DNA of 64,000 nucleotides from a virus. The stretch is taken from the IMG/VR virus record IMGVR_UViG_3300024261_001362, positions 1 through 64,000 of that record; one strand, given 5' to 3'. The notes under the pieces are model-generated. The model made no database searches, was not told the DNA's origin, and saw only the letters and a program-made list of their open reading frames with translations. Both the position numbers and the translations under genes were made by a program. Each line of letters begins with the position of its first letter. Positions within the stretch are counted from its first letter, which is position 1. Shown one piece after another: positions 1 to 12,200 of the stretch.

Positions 1-2821
1 TATTGGTTCTGCTAACCTTAATACAATGAATAAAAAGGGTGTTGTTGGATTTAACAAAGGTGGTATGGTTGGTTTTGAGGCTGGTGGTCGTGTCACTCAG
101 GGTAGACATTTTTATGGCTTGGGGCATCCAGGTACAGGATTTGGGATGTCCACTCCCAAACCTACTGGTCCTAGTGAAGATCCTACAGACAAAACAACTA
201 ACAGATTACTTGCATTGAGTCTTGCTGTTGGAACTTTATCTACAGTTGCCGATCAATCTAGAAAACGTCTGGGTGAATTTGGTAATGTACTTGGTGATTC
301 GATTGATGGTTTACTTAAGGTTGCTACAACTGCTGTAGCGATTCAAGCTTTACTTTCTACTTTACAAAAGGATAGTAAATTAAAATCTTTAGGTACAGCT
401 ATTGGTGGAGCTTTTGTTGCATTTCAAGCTCTAAGTGCTATCACAGATGTAGTTGTTAATAAATTTAAGAGAGCGGCTGAGGCTGCTATTGAAAAAGGTG
501 ATGCAGATGAAGCAGCAGCACAATCTGATGAGGCTGCAAAATTTGGTCTATTGGGATCGGTATTGACTGGTGTTGGTACTGGTGCTGTAGGGGGTGGTTT
601 ACTGGGTGCTAAAATTGGTGGTGGTATTGGGACGTTTATTGGTGGTCCAGCAGGAACGGCTGGTGGTGCCTTGCTTGGTGGTATCGGTGGTGCCCTCGTT
701 GGTGGGATTGGAGGTGGTATTGTTGGTTACATGTCAGCACCTGAGAATGATCGTGAACAATCTGCTTCGTCAGCTATCATTAGGAAGTTACCTGAGCTAG
801 ATAAAAATTTTGAAAGTTTTTCAAAAGGTCAACGTACTGCTGCTCTTACCATTCAGCAAACTAATGCTGCATTAGCAAAAGCGAGATCAGATGCACAAAA
901 ATATATAAAAGATGAGACATTAGCGGCTAAAACAGAAGCTGAGATTACTAAACAAGAATTACGATTAGCGACGGAGGTTATTGGACCAACTGCTAAAAAT
1001 ATGGCAGAATTACGAAAACAAACTGCAAACATGACGAAGGCTAATAAAGAAGCTGCCATTGCTGCATTTAAAGTTGCTGCGGCCCAAAGAGAATTAATAA
1101 AGATTAATCTTGATGCTGCGAGAATTGGAGGTGCTGCTGCACGAGCAGGTACTGCTGCTGAAAATGTAGTAGCCAGATTCCAACCGGGTAGTAGTTCATT
1201 AGAAGCGGACTTTAAGACTTTAGAAACAAGTACAACTACTTTTGGTACTAGCGATGATGGTAAAGCGGCTTTAGATAGAATAGAAGGAGATATCAATTCC
1301 CGATTAGATCGCATTGGTGTTAAAGGGTCGGCTAGAGATGTGATTAATAGATCTGCTGCTTCATCGGGTGCTGCTGTTGAATTTAGTGCTCGTTTGTCAG
1401 AAAAAATTGCTGGAGCACAATTGACTAGAGGTCAAGATAAGAAAGGTAAAATTGAAGAAATTGTAACAACAATTACTGGAGAAATAGAAAACAAGTTTAA
1501 AGGTACTGCAGGAGCTAATTTAACCAAGACTATTAATGGCTCTCTTGAGTCTGTTATTAAGCAAGCCACATCAGTCGATGGTACAATTGATGAGTCTAAA
1601 GTCGTAGAGGGTTTGGCTAAAGCGGCCAATGCAGCCGGTAAACCATTACGGATGTTGGGTGAAGCATTTATTAAACATGAAAAGTTGATTAATAAGTTAA
1701 CTGCTCAACGTCGGATACAAGAACAAAAATTAATATCAGCACAAAGTAAGGCTATTGATCTTCAACTTGAGGGTGCTAAAGTTATAGAACAGGCTGGTGG
1801 TAGAAGATTAAGTTTCCAAGATAAATTAGGTGCGAGAGGCAATCAAGCAAATCTGCGATTAAGAGACGCTGGTGTTGGTGGTTTGGGTGGTACTGGCACA
1901 GGAAATATTATAGGTGCTAGTAGAAGACTGGTGGATCGAAATGCTCAGTTAAATCAAAAGGTTAATAGTGGTGGTCGTTTAAGTGTCGATGAAGCTAGAG
2001 GTCCAGCAATATTAAAAGCAAATAATGCATTAATTGAGTTTACACGACAAAGGATTAAATTAATCCAAGAGGAAATGAACATTATTAAACAGAAAAATGC
2101 TCTTGAGCGAAGTGCTATTGATGCGTTGTTGTCTGGTAATGCTGAAGAATTCTTTGAAAAACAGAGTGCGTCGGCAGCGGCATCAGCATTAAAGAGTGGT
2201 AATACGGCTTTAATTAGATCATTAGATGCCTCTGCTGTAGGAGCTGGACTAAAGAGTTTACAAGATCAGGGTACATCATCTACTGAATTATTTAGTGCTG
2301 CTAGAACTGCCGGTCTGTCACAGCAACAGGCAAGGATCTTTTCTGGTACAACTCCGGAAGAAAATTCTTTAAGACGAGAATTGATGGCTAGTGGTCGTAC
2401 ATTGGGAGCTTTGGGTAATACTGGTTCAGAGTTGGAAGCTAGTAATCTTGGGGTTGCAATACAGATAATAAATCAAGCAAATAATGCATTTGCAGAGACA
2501 TTAAAGAAAGAACTTAATTCTGCTAATGATACTCAAAATCAAGTTACAGAGAGGAATATTAAGGCTACGGATAATTTGACCGAACAGCTTAAGGACACTA
2601 GCAAACAACTTAGTATATTATCAGATGCTATAGAGGGAAGTCCTAACGAAATAACGAGCACGATTAATGTTAATTCGGCTAGCAGTGGTCCTAGTGATAA
2701 CTTACTTAGTTATTTACCAGGTGTATTAGCTGAAAGTCTTAAAAGACTTATACCAAATTTAACACATGATAATAACGGTAATCATCAAATAAACACTCCA
2801 AATGATGTATTTCTACATTAA
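1..2821 (+). CDS. Tail tape-measure protein, C-terminal part (ORF open to the window's left edge)
   Basis: Frame is open upstream of ATG 26. GGxVGF(N/E)xGG repeats, Ala/Gly-rich hydrophobic glycine-zipper segment, long helical/coiled-coil composition, upstream of tail-type genes. Confidence 0.75.
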   Translation, partial: IGSANLNTMNKKGVVGFNKGGMVGFEAGGRVTQGRHFYGLGHPGTGFGMSTPKPTGPSEDPTDKTTNRLLALSLAVGTLSTVADQSRKRLGEFGNVLGDSIDGLLKVATTAVAIQALLSTLQKDSKLKSLGTAIGGAFVAFQALSAITDVVVNKFKRAAEAAIEKGDADEAAAQSDEAAKFGLLGSVLTGVGTGAVGGGLLGAKIGGGIGTFIGGPAGTAGGALLGGIGGALVGGIGGGIVGYMSAPENDREQSASSAIIRKLPELDKNFESFSKGQRTAALTIQQTNAALAKARSDAQKYIKDETLAAKTEAEITKQELRLATEVIGPTAKNMAELRKQTANMTKANKEAAIAAFKVAAAQRELIKINLDAARIGGAAARAGTAAENVVARFQPGSSSLEADFKTLETSTTTFGTSDDGKAALDRIEGDINSRLDRIGVKGSARDVINRSAASSGAAVEFSARLSEKIAGAQLTRGQDKKGKIEEIVTTITGEIENKFKGTAGANLTKTINGSLESVIKQATSVDGTIDESKVVEGLAKAANAAGKPLRMLGEAFIKHEKLINKLTAQRRIQEQKLISAQSKAIDLQLEGAKVIEQAGGRRLSFQDKLGARGNQANLRLRDAGVGGLGGTGTGNIIGASRRLVDRNAQLNQKVNSGGRLSVDEARGPAILKANNALIEFTRQRIKLIQEEMNIIKQKNALERSAIDALLSGNAEEFFEKQSASAAASALKSGNTALIRSLDASAVGAGLKSLQDQGTSSTELFSAARTAGLSQQQARIFSGTTPEENSLRRELMASGRTLGALGNTGSELEASNLGVAIQIINQANNAFAETLKKELNSANDTQNQVTERNIKATDNLTEQLKDTSKQLSILSDAIEGSPNEITSTINVNSASSGPSDNLLSYLPGVLAESLKRLIPNLTHDNNGNHQINTPNDVFLH

Positions 2822-2899
2822 AACAACAGTCTTCCCCCTAGTGCGTTTACCTCTCTTAAATAAAGTGTCGGATCTAACTACTAAAGTATAAGAAATTAA

Positions 2900-3247
2900 A
2901 TGAATTACACACATCACTTAAGTTGTTCTTGCACTAAAGCTGCATCGGGAGATCCTACGAGTGTTGGATCAATGATGACGGGTAAATTAGTTGGGGACAT
3001 TCGTTTATATTCCGATAATACATTGAGTATTGGAAAATTACATACTACAATAATTAATTGCGAGGGTGGAACTCCATTATTTAATGTTATAGATCTTTCT
3101 CCTTCTCATAACCCTAATTCCACTTATCGTATTTTCATAAACACAAATGATTTAGATCTCCCCCCAAGACAAGGGGATGAATTTACTGCGGTTTCATTTG
3201 ATGGTTTTTCTTATGTTTACAATATTTTAGCAGTTTCAGAAGTTTAG
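2900..3247 (+). CDS. Hypothetical protein (115 aa), probably virion-associated
   Basis: Fills the gap between TMP and the giant gene. Its N-terminal ASGDPTSVGSMMTGKLV resembles an internal segment of the downstream giant protein. Confidence 0.55.
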   Translation: MNYTHHLSCSCTKAASGDPTSVGSMMTGKLVGDIRLYSDNTLSIGKLHTTIINCEGGTPLFNVIDLSPSHNPNSTYRIFINTNDLDLPPRQGDEFTAVSFDGFSYVYNILAVSEV

Positions 3248-3258
3248 GGCGGATATAA

Positions 3259-6200
3259 ATGGCTATTAATGAGACAATAAGACCAAATGGCAATGTTAAT
3301 CAATTGTGGAATGTGTATGACTATACAAAGATCATTGACAGTAATGATCTTACTTATGCTATGGCTGATGATGACAATGAATTAGTAGAGCAGATATGGA
3401 GTTTTGACAATCCAGCATTCACATTCGAGACTTTAGTTTCCGTTGAAGTATTTGTTAAACATAAAGATGCCGGCATATCTGGTAATCCAGATGCTTCTGT
3501 TAATGTAAAGATTGGTGGTTCTTGGTACACGGGCCAAAATATTTCATACAACGGTACTTATAGTGTGGTTTCTGTAAGTTGGGATGGTGTTTGGTCAAAT
3601 AGTGATTTCAATGATTTTCAAGTTGGTATAACGGCACCAGATATTTCTAACAAAAATCGTGAATATAAAGTTGCTGAAGTATATGCTGTAATATCAGTAG
3701 CAGAAGCTGGTTACAGTCAAATTACAATCAATAATCAAAAATCAGATTCTCCTAATCAACCAGAGTTTGAAAAGTCCGAAGGTGAGAGTTTTGAAATAGA
3801 GTTGTATCATAATGGTATTGATCTTGGTACGACTATTGATTTTACAATTGCAGCCTCTCCAAATGATTCGATTCTTGGGAATGGAGGGTTCACACTTGAT
3901 GATATTGCCTCCGTAACTGTAGGTAGTACTACTTATGAAGTAGTAGAAGGTGTTCTTGCTGGTCAAACATCTGTAGTAGATGGAGTCAAAACAGAGAAGA
4001 TTGTAATTACTCTTGCTGAGGATTCTATATCTGAAAATACGGAATATTTCAGGTTAACATTTGCTACAACTGACAGTGCTGGTAATCCTACAACTCTTTC
4101 GAGTACTCAAGAAAGTTGGAATCCAAGCAATCTCGCTCAAACTTGGGATATGTTGATTACTAATGTTGTTCCCTCTGATGTTGTTTCGGTTGTGGCAACT
4201 CAAAATGGTACTGAAGCTGGTACTCCAGTACAATTTACATTTACAAGAACAGGTGACACAAGTAGTTCATTGAATGTAAGTTATCGGATGTTTGGAACTG
4301 CGGTAGCGGGTACTGATTATACAGGTTCTCAGACTGGTACGGTGACTTTTGGAGCGGGTGTAAGTAGTGTTGTGCTTTCGCTTCCAACTATAGAAGACTC
4401 TGTAATTAATCCAGTTAAGATAGTGGGAGTTTATATTGATAAACTTTCTACATATGATATTACTCCAGCTAAACAGTTTGCGGAAGCTACGATTGTTGGT
4501 GATGGTATTGTTAGTAGTGAAATACAGACCTCTACTGTGCCAATACCAAGGAATGGCTCGAATTTTACCAATACCAATAACTTTATGGCGTTGAGAACAG
4601 ATGGTTCGGTCGTCAACGTCATGTCAGTCATGTCAACCGATGATGCTCCTCCTGTCGGTTTAGATAATGTCAGCCAGGTCTTCTCGAACGACATAGCCTT
4701 TGCAGCGTTGAAAGAGGACGGCTCGGTCGTCACATGGGGGCATCCAACGGCTGGCGGAGACAGCAGCGGCGTGGCTGCACAGTTGAGCAGTGGGGTTGTT
4801 CAGATCTTCTCCACAATCAGTGCTTTTGCAGCGTTGAAAGATAACGGGTCGGTTGTCGTATGGGGTGATGCAACGAGGGGTGGAAGTAATAATACTGGAG
4901 TAGATTTAAGTAGTGGTGTTGTAAAAATCTTTTCAAATTATGGTGCTTTTGCAGCATTGAAAACAAATGGTAGTGTTGTTACTTGGGGTGACAGTAGTGC
5001 CGGTGGAAATGGAGCATCTGAATTAAGCGGTATTACTGATATAATAGATATTTGTTCAACTTATGATTCCAGTACTAAAGGAGCTTTTGCTGCATTAAGA
5101 GCAACTGGTGAAGTTATTACCTGGGGATGCGTGGGATGTTCCGCCCCTCAAGTTGGTAACGATAGTTCTGGAGTACAAGCTGAATTAGTCAATGTTGTTA
5201 AAATTTTTGCAACCCGAAATGCATTTGCGGCGTTGAAAAGTGATGGTTCGGTCGTCACATGGGGAGGCAATTATGGTGAAAACAGTGGTGCTGTAGCTGC
5301 AGATTTAAGCAGCGGTGTTACTTGGATCTCTGCACAGTGGCATAGTTTTGCTGCATTGAAAGAAGATGGAACTGTTGTTCATTGGGGGAGCGGCGGTGAG
5401 GATGGCGGCACTGATTGGGATGATGTAAAAAGTGATCTTACTAATCCAGCAACGGCAAATGTCATTCAGATTTATGATAATGTATGGGCTTTTGCAGCAT
5501 TAAAAAGTGATGGTTCGGTTGTTACTTGGGGTACTGAAACTAATAGACCAAATGGATCTAATAGTAATAGTGTAAGTGCAGATTTGAGTAGTGGTGTTAA
5601 ACGTGTCTATAGGACCGATTATGCATTTGCGGCACTAAAAACAGATGGATCAGTTGTCGTTTGGGGTGATTCAGCTTATGGTGGTACAAATAATACTGGA
5701 GTAGATTTAAGTAAAGATATTGTACGGGTTTTCGCTAATAGACGTAATTTTACAGCATTGAAACGGGACGGCTCGGTCGTCACTTGGGGGAAAGATAACC
5801 TTGGAATTAACAATAATGTAACAAATGTCCGAACATTTTCTAATATAGAGACATTAGATACTTTAGATCCTGTTGCTCTTAATGATAATCCTCCGACATT
5901 AAACGCTATTGATGATATCACTATTGATGAGGATGCTCCTGAGCAAACCGTTAATTTAACAGGAATTGGTGATGGTGATTCGGGAACTCAACCATTACAG
6001 ATTACGGTTTCTAGCAGTAATCCCACATTAATTCCGACTCCAACTGTAACATACACATCAGATAATGTGTTTGGAAGTTTGACTTTCACTCCTGCTCCGG
6101 GATTAAGTGGTGAATCTACAATTACAGTAACGGTTACAGATGGTGGGTTAGATAATGATCTAAGTACAACAACTGACAACAAAACATTTTCTCGTGAATT

Positions 6201-9200
6201 TACAGTAGGGGTTGATTCGGTTAATGATCCACCGACATTAAATACCATTGGTGACATAACTATTGAGAAGAATTCTGGTCCACATACAGTTTCTCTTGCG
6301 GGTATCACTGATGGTGATGATGATACTCAAGCTTTAACTGTAACAGCCGTAAGTAGTGCTACGGGTACAATTCCAAATCCAACCGTAACATACACTTCAA
6401 ACAATACAACTGGTAGTTTGACTTTTACCCCTGTAACTGATCAAACTGGCACAGCTACTATTACTGTGACAGTACAAGATAGTGCTGGTGGTACAGTAGC
6501 TCGTACATTTACTATAACAGTAATTGATGTTAACAATCCTCCAACATTAGATGCTATTTCTAATGTCACGATTGAGGAAAATGATCCTGAGCAAACTGTT
6601 AATTTAACGGGAATTACTGATGGCGATGGTGTAAGTGCTCCATTAAAAGTAACAGCTACCAGTAGTAATACAAGTATAATCCCAAATCCGGTTATTGCTT
6701 ATACATCCGCACAGACAACGGGCACTCTAAAATTTACACCAATTCAAAACAGATTTACTCCTGTCGGACAACCTGTAACAATTACGGTAACAGTTGAGGA
6801 TGCGGGATTAGATAATGATCTCAGCACCACTTCAGATAATCTCACCTTTAGTCGCACGTTTACAGTCACTGTAAATGAATATATACCACCAAGATATTAT
6901 GTAATTGACATTGAGTTAGTATCACATCCTGGAAATCAATCAATATTATTGAATAATGGATTTAGTGCTGAAGTTTGTCATATCACAGAATATGCAAATC
7001 CTGTAGCAGAATATGTTAGGGGATTTGGTCATACATTAGATAATCCTCTCGTTGCAAGTGGTGATACTAGTATTAAATCAAGATTAACTGGTGTGCTTGT
7101 AGCAAGTGGAGACTTTTTATCTTCTGGTGCAATTCCTAATTCTGGATTATTTGTTACTCATGGTCCATCCAAACACATTGATGGGTCAGGTTCATTACAA
7201 GCTACATACACCGACAAACTTGCTGGTGATTTTGGTGACTACAGGTGTGCTGAAAAATTATATCCTATTGCTGATATTTCTAATAGTTACTTCGTGACCT
7301 CCAGTGGTACACATTCTGATTTATATAGTTCGATTGACGAAGGTGTATTCTCTGGAGATGGTATAAAAGAAAATGGTGTCTCTACATTAATAGCAGACTC
7401 TACTACATTCATTCAGCCATCATCTATTCATACAGATGATACATTTAGTTATAAATGTAAAGTTACTACTCCTCTTGTGAGACCAGAACATACCAGATTA
7501 AGAATTAGAGCGGCAGCACCATTATTTACTCATGAAGCTAAAATTCCGCCGAAATATACTTTTACCGATATTAAATTTGAAGACCCAGATGGTGCCTTAA
7601 TTGTTCAATATAATGATATTGTGGTTTCTGGTGACTCTACGTATATTAGTATGAGTGGTGATGAGAATTTTGCTACATATTCCAGTGCCCCTAAAGTTAA
7701 TAATATCACATATTCATGGGATGATACTTATCCTAATTTAAGTGGTAATGAATATACATTATCATTTAATTTATTGAGTGAAGACCCTGGAGATGCCTTC
7801 AGTGCTGGTTTTGATCCTGGTTTTGAAGAAGATTATGATGTACCAGATCCACTACATAGTGGTGATGATTATCTTGCTTTAGATGGTTCTCCTTTATCCA
7901 GTATGGGTCAGAGTTATATAAATCCAACACCAAGTATTAGAATTTCTGCGATTGAAATTTGTAATAGTGGTGGTCGTGGTCCTCGTACTGAAGATTATAT
8001 TACTCTTTTCTCGGAAGTACGTTCTACTGGTAATAAAGTACAAAGAACATTAATTCCAACATCTATGCCGTTGGTTGATTTTGATACTACTATATATCCT
8101 ACGGTAAGTAGTGTTTGGTATGCAAGTGATGATGCTAATTTTTCAAATTATAATACTGTAGGAACAAAAAGATTAATTCATAATATTAATAATAGTTTTG
8201 ATTCAGACTTTATTATTATGAACCATACATCTGGTGTAGCAGATTCTGGTAAATTAACATTAAAGATGAGTCATAATGCAGACCCTAATAATCTTAAAAC
8301 CAGAACTCGTGGTGCATTTGATTTAGGCTTTGATGGAACTATCGGTGGTACATGTATTAGAAATGGTGCCTTTAATAAATTAAATATTGAAGATGATGAT
8401 ATCAATGATGGATTCTTTGTCGCTGATCGTGATTGTATAACTCTACGAGTTAGGGCTAAAAAGCAATCTGGTTCAAGGGACTATGTGCTTGATGTTGTCG
8501 GTTATAGTGACGATTGTATTTTAAATATAACAAGTGCTGTTGGTGGATTCTTACAGGCTTCATCAGGTAATCCTATTGGCAACTATCCTGTCTCATCTGG
8601 ATTTAGTGGATCAGATGATCTTGCTCTTAGTGCCACATCTCTGTCTCAACGGGAAAACTATTTCCAGGTAAGTGGTGATAATAGTCACTTTGTTAATCTT
8701 GGGGAAGACCATTATTCTCTTGTTGATGGACCATTGGTTAATACTACGGAATTTGCTTGGTATGAAATCCCACTAAAGATTTATGATGACAATGTTACTC
8801 TCGGTCGTTCTCGTGATTATCGAATGAGTTCATTGCTTGAGAATCTATACTTAGATATCTATCCATTACCGAGTGGTGCGAGTATTTCTCAAGTAGAGAT
8901 GCTGGTTACATATGCACCGCAAAATGCATTAAAGATGATTACTGAAGGTGGTGAAGTTAGAAAAGTTACATCGGAAGATAGACCAGAACCTAAGATTTTC
9001 CCAAGCTCGATGCAGCCTAATGATAGTTATTTAAATGCTGGATCTGGTTACGGTTCATTATCTTACATAAGTGGAATTCCTCAAGCTTATTCTACTAAAA
9101 ACACCTCATTAAAAACTAACTATTCCAGAAGATGGCGGGGTATGGATGGTTTAACTGAAGGTCCGTATGACCAAGAGGCATTCGGCTTTGGTTTCTACAA

Positions 9201-12200
9201 TCCACAATTAGATTATCCATTCTTATCTGGTTTCTATGATTTTGATAAAGAGAATGGTGTTAGTGTTATACCTCGTGTTGGTAATTTGACAGGGGTTATT
9301 TCAAGCACATATTCTACATATAGAATTAACAACTTAGGTTGGCGATTTAAAAATTCCACTTTGTTCGCTGATCAGTTGCCAGGATATACTGGTGCTTATG
9401 AAACTATTGACTGGAGTTCATTATCGAACGGTTCCAACAATTTCCATAACCATCCATTGTCTGGTCAAATTGCAGATGCGTTTAATACTGCCATTAGAAT
9501 ATCTGGACATAATTCCAATATTAACTTTGGTGATATAAATATTGTTCCTGATTCTGGCTTTAGTATGTATGCCAGATTTTCTCCAGATGCCAATGTCTCT
9601 GGAGTAGGATACGATCTATTCGAGAGTGGTTGCTTGTTCTCTAAATGGGATACAGGTAATGATCTTGAATTCGCTTTAGGTTATGCTAGTGGCTTCTTAC
9701 GTGGTTATGCTAGAGACAATGCTGGTGCTATACATACAGTACAAGACCCTGCTATATGTTCTGGCTACCAATATCCATTAAGTGTAATCTTGACTTATAA
9801 CGATGATGGTCTTAGTGGTTTAAAACTTTATACTGATAATGAATTCGAACCCAACTGGCAAACTTTAAGAGCCAGTTCTGTCGCACCATTCCATTTACAT
9901 AGTGCGAATAGTAATTTCGTGGTTGGTAATTCAACAGGTTCCGGTGTTGGTTTTAATATGTTCCTTACTGAGTTAGGTGTCTCTAACTCTGGTAATGTTG
10001 TATATTCTAATCCAGATCCTACTTATAAGCAAATCACTGCACAAAGATTTTTAGAAAACAACAGATTATTCTGGTGGGATAATACTGACACATCGTCTAA
10101 TGATGGTTATACATTATGGAAGAATATCGATGAGGATACTCGTACCGATTGGACTTTGGGTGATTTCAAATATGAACCTTTCTCATTAGCGTTTTCTCAA
10201 ATTTCCAAAAGAACCAATAGAGATCTTGTTAGTTTCAAAGTCTGTAGTGATGGTCAACCTTATTATGCTAAAACAAATCAAACTCTACCTTCTACAATTG
10301 ATAGCGGTGTAGCATATCATAGTCAAATTGAAAATGACTTTTTAAGATTCCATTTAAGTGATACTCCTAATAATTTCTATTCTGTTTATCCACGAATTAG
10401 CAAGAGCCTACCAAGAGGTTATAATTTTGTAGATGATGCTTTAGTCGTAGAGACTGTTTTGGAGCACACTACTAATCACGATATTACATGGAGTGGTGGT
10501 CAAGTTGGACCGAAATTGATTGTTAGTCTGTATACCAAAAAACAAGAACCATATTATGAAACTGCCAATCCTAACTGGGGATTAATTAATCGTAGTACTC
10601 ATTATCTGGAACCATCTGGTGGTATACATAGGCTCGATAGTACATTTACATATGATGATGTGTGTGATAAATCTGAGGAATGGGCCACTTTCCCAATTGA
10701 AGCCAAACTAAAAGAATTTAAAGAGAAATATTTTTCACAAGATGTGGATGATATGTTCTTACAGTATGATGTTGTGTATCCATCTGGTGGTTCATTTGAG
10801 TCTACAATTGATATCCACACTGCACATGTCAGGATGGAAAATGCATATGTGAATCCTACTGCTGATTCTGGAATCCTTAATATTGCTACGAGTGGTGGTC
10901 ATGTTGTAGATGATAGAGACCTAATGTTGTCTCTATATAATGGTCCATCGCCAACTAGTGGTGAACTTACACTATACACTATTGGTCCTATCCAGGTTGA
11001 AAATTCAGGGTTGCCACTTCACACGAGTGGATTATTTGCAAGTCGAGGTGAATTTAATTTATTCACCACTAACTTCATGACAATTGAACAATCTGGTCTG
11101 ACTTTATCTACCTCTGGTAAAATGCCGATTGAGCAATCTGGTGCTGTAAATCTACATACTTTAGGTAAGGGAATCCTCACATCGGCCAGTGGTGATCATT
11201 TAGGATTTTCCTTAACGGCAGTAAACACTGAAACTGCTGGTTTGATTAGTGGTATATTCAACTTAAATGCATTTGTTAGTCCAACTGCTGACACAGATGC
11301 TATACAAGCTAATATGCCAATATTTGTGCTGAATGATTTTCAGACAGATCCAACTGATAATAGTGGTATTCTTAACTTAAGAACATTAGCTACATCGGCA
11401 TTAGTATCAATATATCCTACAGCATCAATGAACCTGTATTTGGAAACAGGTTATGCTTCTACTAATGCTGATATGAACCTTACATTGTATGGTGATAATT
11501 ATAGCACAACCGCATCTAGTGGTTCTATGAATCTATCAACTGCAAATTATGCTGGTCCATCCAATCCACTATCAACATATAATTATGCCAGTGCTGGTTC
11601 AGATTACTTATATTGGTTCAATAATAATGTAGGTACAGGAATTAATGTTTTTGATAATTCCTATGCAACCTTACCTGCCGATGATGAGCTTAGAGGTGTA
11701 GATTTAATTGGTTATGGATCTTGCATTGGAAATAGTCCAGACAAAGCTATTGATGCTGTCATAGAAACAGATGATGTTGTGTGGCGTGAAGAACAATGTG
11801 TCGAAGGCGGTATTATGAGAGCCGACAAGACATATACAAATCTTGAAGCTGGTTACAGTGGTAATTATTATGGTATAAGAAAATATACGGAATTAGTTCC
11901 TAGTTATTCTTATTTTGCTACACTGGAAATGAAAACTGGTAATACAGAATCTATTAAAGTTCCGAGAGATTTAGAAGAATGGGAATATGGAATAAATTCT
12001 GATATCAATTATTCTGGGGTTAAGTTGATTGGTGATGATCCCGCCTTAAGTGGAGATGCATCTATTGAATATCCTCTACCAGACTCTGGAAGAAACCCAG
12101 AGGATAACTATGGTAAATCAGTTGCGGTCCACAAAGACTTAATGGTTGTCGGTTCTCCGTTTATAGATATTCCAGATGAGTCTGGCTACAAAATGACCAA

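Noticed and set aside
545-730. Gly-rich hydrophobic stretch as a separate toxin or bacteriocin
   Set aside because: Glycine-zipper membrane segments are ordinary in tape-measure proteins.
4580-6878. Diversity-generating retroelement (TR/VR) suggested by DNA repeats
   Set aside because: The repeats are in-frame protein repeats with no evident adenine-specific mismatch pattern, and there is no reverse transcriptase in the window.
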